This document shows positions 7,909 through 14,566 of a stretch of 15,276 nt of DNA, one piece after another. The number at the start of each line of letters is the position of its first letter. Position 1 is the stretch's first letter. A program made the position numbers and the translations under genes. Below the pieces are notes generated by a model. It had not been told where the DNA came from, ran no database searches, and saw only the letters and a program-made list of their open reading frames with translations. The DNA comes from Desulfurococcaceae archaeon (GTDB lineage: Archaea > Thermoproteota > Thermoprotei_A > Sulfolobales > Desulfurococcaceae): positions 1 through 15,276 of the forward strand of contig JAWAJB010000021.1 in NCBI GenBank assembly GCA_038888155.1. The letters run 5' to 3'.

Positions 7909-9357
7909 ATGAAAGAGGCAGAATATGTGGAAAGATGGTCACCTCTTGATAGGCTTACGCATTTGCTAATATTGCTCGGTGTCGTAATTGGAGTGGTGTC
8001 CGGTATTCCGCAACTCCAACTCGAAATTCTTGGATATAACCTTGGAGATAGCTTCCGTTGGATTACTGATGTGATAGGCGGAGAGGTTATCCGTCGTTTA
8101 CTCCATAGATATGTTGTAACTGTACTAATTGGGGTTGCAATAGTTGTACATACGCTGAGCTTCGGTCTCAGAAGCAAGAAGAGCAATATACTGTTTACTT
8201 ATAAGGACCTAAAGGACCTTGTCTCATACTACAAGTTTAGGTTCCTAAAGGCTCCTGAACCTGAGCTTGGGTTCCACATGCCTGGTGAAAAGCTACTCTA
8301 TTGGATCGCCGCTATATCATTACCTATCCTAGGATTAACTGGTATTATGATGTGGACGAACTACTTACCCATTGAATATGAGGTCTTAAGACTTCTACAT
8401 AGAGCGTTCTTCATCTTGCTTACAGTTTTTGTAGTAATTCATTTCATACTGAACTTAGTCCTGCGCGACCAGTGGCCTGCATTAAAGTCCATGTTCCTGA
8501 CGGGCAAAGTGCTAAGCGAATGGTTGAGAAAACATCATCCAAAAACGTTCGAAGAAGAAAAGGTTGTTTGGATCGGAAGACGAAGAGCAATAAAAACGCT
8601 TCTTACAGTAATTCCGGCCGTAGCTCTAGGTTACGTATTAAACGAATTGTTGAAACCACCGATGTATATAATTAGAAATATTTACGTTGAACCTTCAAAG
8701 GTTAAGTCAGGCGATCCGTTTACAGTATACGCCGAGATAGCAAACATAGGTTACAGGGAAGGAACATTTAACGTCCAACTCTTCATCGACGGTAGCTTAG
8801 TAGACGAAAAGAGCATTGCATTATTAGATGGTGAGACCAAATTACTATCGTTCCAAGCAAAATTAAAGGAGATCGGCACGCATGTCATAACTGTAGATGG
8901 TGTCTCAACCTCAGTCGAGGTAACGGAGGCACCCCCACCCATTGCGCCTGAACTCGCGGAAAGATTCAAGAAGTTGCTACCCGAAGCGTATGACTTTGTA
9001 CCAATTATAAAAGAAGGAAAGATCGCTTACTATGAAATATACAATGCGATGGGGAACCTAATAGCCTACGGATTTTACACCAGAGCTTATGCTCCCACGG
9101 ATAGACTTCAGATAATTGGAATAGTCGGCCTAGATTACAAGATAAAGTCTATAGACATAGATAGGATAGAGCCGGGAACTAAGTTGCATAATGAGATGAT
9201 AATCGAACCTAAATTTGAGGAAAGATTCATAGGACTAACCGTGGATGAGGTTGGTTTGTCTCCTGAAGGAAAAGTGGATGCTATCAGCGGTGCAACGATC
9301 TCGTCAACTGCAGTAGTTGATGCCATTAAGAATGCGCTAAGTAGCATGCTTCGATAA
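7909..9357 (+). CDS. Fusion protein: FdnI-like di-heme cytochrome b, internal RR transmembrane helix, CARDB/Ig-like domain, FMN-binding (flavinylation) domain
   Basis: Four TM helices with H18, H66, H81, H164, H178; FdnI-like GEKLLYW and TGKVLSEWLRKHHP; GRRRAIKTLL plus a hydrophobic helix; beta-rich VKSGDPFTVYAEIANIG...GTHVITV; C-terminal VDAISGATISS (predicted FMN-Thr463). Confidence 0.88.
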   Translation: MKEAEYVERWSPLDRLTHLLILLGVVIGVVSGIPQLQLEILGYNLGDSFRWITDVIGGEVIRRLLHRYVVTVLIGVAIVVHTLSFGLRSKKSNILFTYKDLKDLVSYYKFRFLKAPEPELGFHMPGEKLLYWIAAISLPILGLTGIMMWTNYLPIEYEVLRLLHRAFFILLTVFVVIHFILNLVLRDQWPALKSMFLTGKVLSEWLRKHHPKTFEEEKVVWIGRRRAIKTLLTVIPAVALGYVLNELLKPPMYIIRNIYVEPSKVKSGDPFTVYAEIANIGYREGTFNVQLFIDGSLVDEKSIALLDGETKLLSFQAKLKEIGTHVITVDGVSTSVEVTEAPPPIAPELAERFKKLLPEAYDFVPIIKEGKIAYYEIYNAMGNLIAYGFYTRAYAPTDRLQIIGIVGLDYKIKSIDIDRIEPGTKLHNEMIIEPKFEERFIGLTVDEVGLSPEGKVDAISGATISSTAVVDAIKNALSSMLR

Positions 9358-9406
9358 CGAAAAATCCAACATAACTACATACAAAACAACTTTAAAAATT
9401 AGTCAA

Positions 9407-9413
9407 TTTTTTT
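9407..9413 (+). terminator. Oligo-T terminator candidate for the cytochrome b-FMN gene
   Basis: T7 run about 50 nt after the stop at 9357. Confidence 0.4.
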
Positions 9414-9425
9414 GCGGATTTGAAA

Positions 9426-9449
9426 CTTTTAATTCTTTCTTTGAGATTC
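9426..9449 (-). repeat. Solitary degenerate CRISPR repeat
   Basis: CTTTTAATTCTTTCTTTGAGATTC matches the array repeat CTTTCAATTCTCTTTTTGAGATTC at 21/24 positions, in the same orientation, about 4.1 kb from the array. Confidence 0.8.
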
Positions 9450-9607
9450 AGCTTTGGAATACTACACGGGCGGGTTCTACATGAATCATGAGAATCTTGA
9501 AGAACAACTTAATCTATCTATCGGGAGATTTAAATGCGAACTTCGGAAGGCAGCATAATGGTAAAGAATTTTAAACGTTAAATGCAACACCGACTCATCT
9601 ATCTAGT

Positions 9608-10720
9608 TTACGATTCTTCAATTATCCCTTTGACGAGATATAGGTAAAGTAATGCTATGAAGATCGCTGTAAAAAATATTATAACTAATAATCCTGATAG
9701 TATTAAGGCCGGTTCTATGAGCATCAATCTATTGATGAAAGTTTCCACCGGTATTCCTGTGTCGCCTACTATAACCATATAAGGTAACCTACCGATGTCG
9801 TGAGCCATCTCTCCGAGTATCAAAGCAGCTATCGATAGGGGCGCCAACATATACGCAATCCACGTCCTAGATGGTTTATGGTAGTGAACTATTCCAAACG
9901 TCAGGATTACTATTGATATTAAAACCATTCCCAGGAAAAGGTATGAAACATTTGTTGACGAATATTGAAGAGGTAGAAATGACCTGTTTAAGCTAGCGAA
10001 TAAGTACGGTGAATGAAAGCTCAACGTACTCCAGAACCAGAATCCCGTTAAACCTTGAGGAATTATCATTAAACCTCCGAGAAGGCTGGCGTACCCGCTC
10101 CATCTCTCAACAGTCTTATCCGCTTTTGATGAACATGCTAGACCAGCCGAAGCAGCTAGAAATCCGATAGATAGCGCTCCAAAGAATGTATGAATTAGAA
10201 GCGGAGGATAGACTGGGTTCGTTAAGGCTTCTATAACGTTTCCAGAGATTGGGTTTAAACTTGTTAAGCCGACTGGGTTGTTTATGAAGGCAAATATGTA
10301 TCTAAAACCTGCTGGGATCGTTAATCCTGATAATGCCATGGTCAGTCCTATCGCGAGATGCGTTCTCGGCCTAACCTTATCCCAAGTATACCAATAGGCA
10401 GCTATAGATGTTAATCTAATAATTATTCCTATAATGCTTACTATTAGGGGGATGAATAAGATTATAGTGACTATGTTTACTAGCGTGGGCCAGATTCCTG
10501 CCAGAATGACAGTTATCATCGTTCCATAAACACCCGAAACGACCTCGGTGGCAACGAGAAACTTGAAGACTTTTCTCGCAGGTTTAGTTACCTCAGGATT
10601 CGACAATGACTTCCATTTAAGAATTACGCTATAGAATCCTAGACCTATGTTTACATTCACAAACGTTAAATGAATCAACAAGATTATTCCTAAAACAATC
10701 AAAGGTAAAGTCACATCCAT
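9608..10720 (-). CDS. cydA': CydA' (CydA-homologous second subunit of an archaeal cytochrome bd-type quinol oxidase)
   Basis: Polytopic and CydA-like rather than CydB-like: LIHLTFVNVNIG, VVSGVYGT, YWYTWDK, FINNPVG, LIHTFFG, GEMAHDIGRLPY. TAATG overlap with cydA and a GGTGA RBS. Confidence 0.82.
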   Translation of the reverse strand: MDVTLPLIVLGIILLIHLTFVNVNIGLGFYSVILKWKSLSNPEVTKPARKVFKFLVATEVVSGVYGTMITVILAGIWPTLVNIVTIILFIPLIVSIIGIIIRLTSIAAYWYTWDKVRPRTHLAIGLTMALSGLTIPAGFRYIFAFINNPVGLTSLNPISGNVIEALTNPVYPPLLIHTFFGALSIGFLAASAGLACSSKADKTVERWSGYASLLGGLMIIPQGLTGFWFWSTLSFHSPYLFASLNRSFLPLQYSSTNVSYLFLGMVLISIVILTFGIVHYHKPSRTWIAYMLAPLSIAALILGEMAHDIGRLPYMVIVGDTGIPVETFINRLMLIEPALILSGLLVIIFFTAIFIALLYLYLVKGIIEES

Positions 10721-12210
10721 TATTCATCACCTATTTTTAAGAATCTCGGAGGCTTCTTCAGAACCAAATATATTGTTGTGAAGGTTATGAGGAGCCCTAA
10801 TATTAACCCGCCAATTATGGTTAATGTAACTTCCGGTCCTATAGGATTCGGTGTAACGAGCTCTTCTGGATACAATAAGCCGTATACTGTCCATGGTTTT
10901 CTACCAATCTCTCTTACCGCCCATCCAAGACCTGCTATAGCAGGAGCAACAAAGAACATGATGAGTCCGCCGTAAAGTAGTATTCTTTCTTTCCCACGCC
11001 AGAACTTCTTGAAAGTAAACGAGCTTATGATGATTAACGAGATCAAGAGAGATAGTGCCGCTAGACCAATCTTAACCTCGTAGAGAGTTTTTACTAATGG
11101 GAGTTTCTCGAGAGCCTTTAACGTATCTGCTAGAGCTATTTCCTTAACCGATACACCTCCTATTTTAAGGCTCGGGTTTGGATGATTCTCAGACATTTGG
11201 AGTAGGTAATCGAAGCCTTTGAATACGTAATTTGGATCCCCAAAGATCGTTAATCCCGCTGGCACATATGGTCCAGATTTCTCTAAACCGGATATCATAG
11301 CGAACTTAGTTGGTTGATAGATGTATATCATTAGACCTTGTTCATGACCTTCTATTCCTTGAATAATTAATAATATCGAACCTATCAACGCAACCGTTTT
11401 GAATAGCCTTAGATAGTAATCTCTTTTCTCTTTCTTTCTCAGTCCCTTGTATGCAAGCGCTCCCGCTATCCAGAAAACTCCCACGACTGTCGTGGCGAGA
11501 AGTTGATGTACTATGCTCGTTAAAGCATATGGGCTTGTTAAAGATACCCACGGATCTTTCAGCAACTCACCATAAGAACTAAATAACGTATTTAGTATGG
11601 TTGGGTTAATTATAGATGCTCCAGACGCTGCGAAGTTTACTCTCGTGCTCACCAATACTTCTTTAACGGTTATCAGGAAGTTGATGTTTATTGCTGTTGG
11701 ACCGTATACAGGAGCCCATGGATAAATTATCTTAACTATTTCTCCTGTTCCCCATGGTGCCTGCATCCAAGAATTTACAGAAGTTATCAGCAACCCCGAG
11801 AACAACGCGCCCGCCGTGTAGGTGACCGTTATCATCCAATGGGTCCAAGGATTCTTGAATTTATCCCAGGTGTACAGTAATGCAACCAGCAATGTTGCTT
11901 CGATTGTAAAAGCTACCAACTCTAAAAATAGTGGAGTGAAAAAGAACGATCCGATGGCCAGGATTACACCATTCCATACTTGCACGAGTCCAAATTCTAC
12001 TAGCGTCCCAGTCGCTGCTCCAAATACAAACGCGATTGCTATTACTAGGGATAACTGCTTGGCGAGTCTTATATAGCTAGCATCCTTCTTCCTAATGCCT
12101 AAAAACTCTATTATAGTTAGTGTAATTGAGAATCCTATAACTATGGCGACGGTTATCGAATGGATGTATATTCCTAATGCTGATAAATCGAGTGTCCCTC
12201 GTAAGTTCAT
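10720..12210 (-). CDS. cydA: Cytochrome bd-type quinol oxidase subunit I
   Basis: YIHSITV (H19 equivalent), FGAATGTLVEFG, LELVAFTIEA, VNSWMQAP, VHQLLA (H186 equivalent), GHEQG, QPTKFA, GWAVREIGRKPW. Confidence 0.93.
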   Translation of the reverse strand: MNLRGTLDLSALGIYIHSITVAIVIGFSITLTIIEFLGIRKKDASYIRLAKQLSLVIAIAFVFGAATGTLVEFGLVQVWNGVILAIGSFFFTPLFLELVAFTIEATLLVALLYTWDKFKNPWTHWMITVTYTAGALFSGLLITSVNSWMQAPWGTGEIVKIIYPWAPVYGPTAININFLITVKEVLVSTRVNFAASGASIINPTILNTLFSSYGELLKDPWVSLTSPYALTSIVHQLLATTVVGVFWIAGALAYKGLRKKEKRDYYLRLFKTVALIGSILLIIQGIEGHEQGLMIYIYQPTKFAMISGLEKSGPYVPAGLTIFGDPNYVFKGFDYLLQMSENHPNPSLKIGGVSVKEIALADTLKALEKLPLVKTLYEVKIGLAALSLLISLIIISSFTFKKFWRGKERILLYGGLIMFFVAPAIAGLGWAVREIGRKPWTVYGLLYPEELVTPNPIGPEVTLTIIGGLILGLLITFTTIYLVLKKPPRFLKIGDE

Positions 12211-12270
12211 TTCAAGAACTTTCTAACCTCTTAATCTATAATTAAAGATTTGGTTCATATTTCGAACATT

Positions 12271-12284
12271 AAAAACAAAAAAAA
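12271..12284 (-). terminator. Oligo-T terminator candidate for the peroxiredoxin gene
   Basis: AAAAACAAAAAAAA on the + strand (T-tract on the - strand) about 35 nt past the prx stop. Confidence 0.45.
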
Positions 12285-12319
12285 TAGTTAGAGATTTAAT
12301 TAAGTAGAATTTCGATTTA

Positions 12320-12979
12320 CTATTTCTCGAGTTCTTTGTACACGAACCACCAGGCGTATCCTTTGTACTGCTTCATTCTATCTTCTGCTGTTTTCTCATC
12401 GGTTGCTGGCGGAACTATTACTTTGTCACCGATGAGTTCGTTGTTTGGCCAGTTGGCCGGGATCGCTACTTTAAACTTATCTGCCGTTTGGATACCCTTT
12501 ACGGCTCTCAGTATTTCGTCTATGTTTCTTCCAAGCTCGTGCGGATAGTAGAACATGGCTCTGAGAATTCCTTCAGGGTCAATTATTAAGACCGCCCTAA
12601 CAGTATTCGTCCCCTTATTCGGATGAATCATTCCGAGCATCGCTGAAATATTACCCGTGTCGTCAGCTATAATTGGGAACTCGATGGTCAAATTAAGATT
12701 CTCTTTGATCCATCTGACCCATTCTATGTGACTGAAAACCTGGTCTACGCTGAGGGCGATAAGCTCACAGTTTAATTTTCTGAACTCATCGTATTTTTTC
12801 TGGAATGCATAGAATTCGGTCGTACAGACAGGGGTGAAGTCGGCTGGGTGGGAAAACAGCACAACCCATTTCCCTTTATAATAGTCTGGGAAGTCGATGA
12901 AGCCCTTAGTCGTCATAGCTTTGAAGCTTGGTATCCTATCTCCTATCATAGGGAGTTTTCTTACTCCAACCGCTTCCAT
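12320..12979 (-). CDS. Peroxiredoxin (Prx6/archaeal AhpC-TSA type)
   Basis: [12 protein letters not shown] active-site motif, LSVD...[33 protein letters not shown]. Confidence 0.95.
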   Translation of the reverse strand: MEAVGVRKLPMIGDRIPSFKAMTTKGFIDFPDYYKGKWVVLFSHPADFTPVCTTEFYAFQKKYDEFRKLNCELIALSVDQVFSHIEWVRWIKENLNLTIEFPIIADDTGNISAMLGMIHPNKGTNTVRAVLIIDPEGILRAMFYYPHELGRNIDEILRAVKGIQTADKFKVAIPANWPNNELIGDKVIVPPATDEKTAEDRMKQYKGYAWWFVYKELEK

Positions 12980-13036
12980 TTTTATAACCCCCCAGGTTCT
13001 TAATCATTTATTAGGAGGTTCTTTTATTAATATTTT

Positions 13037-13459
13037 ATGGTTCGATTTACGGACTTAGACCTTATAAAGGTTCTAATGAAAGATTCCAGGAAGACTTGCG
13101 TTGAATTAGCGAAGATATTTGGTGTAACAGAAGCGGCTATAAGGAAGAGGATCAGAAAGCTTGAATCTGAAAAGATCATAAAACGATTTACCGTCGAAGT
13201 TGATTTAAAGAAGCTTGGATTCGAAGTCCATGCACTCATCGGTTTGGATGCCTATCCTGAAAAGCTTATCCAGGTACTGGAAAGGTTACAGAGCATGGAA
13301 GAGATCTTAAACCTTTATACTTCATCTGGAGACCACATGATACTTATAGAGTGCTGGTTCAAGAATATGAGTAAGCTTTCAGAATTCGTAAAAAAACTTG
13401 AAAACATAGACGGAATAACTAGGATATGTCCAGCAATTATCTTAGAAAAAATTGAGTGA
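13037..13459 (+). CDS. Lrp/AsnC family transcriptional regulator (LrpA-like)
   Basis: HTH DLDLIKVLMKDSRKTCVELAKIFGVTEAAIRKRIRKLE, plus a RAM domain with SSGDHMIL and GITRICPAIILEKI. Confidence 0.93.
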   Translation: MVRFTDLDLIKVLMKDSRKTCVELAKIFGVTEAAIRKRIRKLESEKIIKRFTVEVDLKKLGFEVHALIGLDAYPEKLIQVLERLQSMEEILNLYTSSGDHMILIECWFKNMSKLSEFVKKLENIDGITRICPAIILEKIE

Positions 13460-13588
13460 ACACCTCGTCGAATAACCTTGGTAAGCTCTTCAGGAACTAC
13501 ACGATTAATGTCTTACTCCGTTGGGTGTTTGCTTCAAATATTCCTATGGTCTGATGGCAGTAGAAATGTTGCTCCATGAGGGTTGTCG

Positions 13589-14442
13589 TGGGGTATTCTC
13601 TTTTTGAGATTCTTTTTCAGGGGTGGCCCGAGCACTCTGGGCCAAAAGGTCTTTCAATTCTCTTTTTGAGATTCCTGGTTTGCAAAAGCCCACACTTGGG
13701 CAGGTGCCCTTGGTCTTTCAATTCTCTTTTTGAGATTCGAGGATAATAGCCGCAGGCAACTCTCCAGAGCACTCGGCAGCTTTCAATTCTCTTTTTGAGA
13801 TTCTTGTTTTGGGACTTTATCGAACATCTTGCGGCGTGCGAACTTTCAATTCTCTTTTTGAGATTCTCAACATCACGCCTTCGACCACGCTTTTCCCAAG
13901 TAACTCCCTTTCAATTCTCTTTTTGAGATTCCACATGAGAATTGGGACAAGCGTGGCTTAGCTTATTTGATGCTTTCAATTCTCTTTTTGAGATTCAAAC
14001 TGATAGAAGTAGCGGTAGGAGTGCCGCAAGATATACTTTCAATTCTCTTTTTGAGATTCGGGCTTATGATACCGGCACGAAAGCCGGGGCCATAATTACT
14101 TTCAATTCTCTTTTTGAGATTCAAAAAACTTTAAATACTACTACTACTAATAGTGCGCTTTCAATTCTCTTTTTGAGATTCGATTGGGATGGAAGAAAAG
14201 ATAAGCATAGAGCTAAAATTAGAGACTTTCAATTCTCTTTTTGAGATTCGCACACCAAAAAGCGAGGGTATTACGCCCTGCCTGACCGCTTCCTTTCAAT
14301 TCTCTTTTTGAGATTCATGATTGTCAACTGACGAAGAACAACTAAACATACGGTCTTTCAATTCTCTTTTTGAGATTCTTCTTTAATTTTTCTGCGAGTG
14401 TATTGCATTACACGCATTCTTTCAATTCTCTTTTTGAGATTC
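13589..14442 (-). CRISPR. CRISPR array: 14 repeats (13 identical plus 1 degenerate trailer) and 13 spacers of 35-44 bp; repeat in predicted transcribed sense GAATCTCAAAAAGAGAATTGAAAG
   Basis: + strand repeat CTTTCAATTCTCTTTTTGAGATTC starts at 13651, 13715, 13780, 13843, 13908, 13973, 14036, 14099, 14158, 14226, 14293, 14355 and 14419. A degenerate copy at 13589-13612 keeps 18 of 24 nt. The degenerate end on the left, the cas genes on the right and the ATTGAAAG handle indicate minus-strand transcription. Confidence 0.98.
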
Positions 14443-14566
14443 CGAGCCTAATTCCCCGGTTTTTCCGGGAATTAGGCCACTTTATTCTCCCAACCTCTCG
14501 CTGGTGCCTCTTTTGCTGGGTACTTTATAAACTCCAGCGAAAGAATATAAGCTTTTCGGTATATAA
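14443..14566 (-). promoter_or_regulatory. CRISPR leader with BRE-TATA-like element, overlapping the 3' end of cas4
   Basis: Minus strand GAAAAGCTTATATT at about 14544-14557, a second TTTATAAA at 14524-14531, and an inverted repeat next to the first repeat. Confidence 0.7.

Noticed and set aside
9400-9421. TCAATTTTTTTGCGGATTT as a second degenerate repeat forming a mini-array
   Set aside because: It needs gaps to align, lies only about 4 nt from the orphan repeat, and is better explained as an oligo-T terminator.
13485-13503. Similarity AGCT...ACTACACG between the array trailer flank and 9450-9468
   Set aside because: Only an 8-nt exact core with a gapped extension; not distinguishable from chance.
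13460-13588. Further decayed repeats or a C/D-box sRNA beyond the trailer
   Set aside because: No repeat match at the expected period of about 64 bp and no canonical RUGAUGA box C.
13826-14032. 10-nt match GCCGCAAGAT between spacer 4 (reverse complement) and spacer 7
   Set aside because: Expected by chance among roughly 520 nt of spacers compared on both strands.
14060-14098. CCGGC-ACGAAA-GCCGG hairpin in spacer 8 as a ribozyme or structural RNA fragment
   Set aside because: No hammerhead CUGAUGA core, and it reads as plausible coding sequence (AYDTGTKAGAII).
13613-14418. Self-targeting spacers
   Set aside because: No convincing match to the rest of the window was seen by eye; a whole-genome search is needed.
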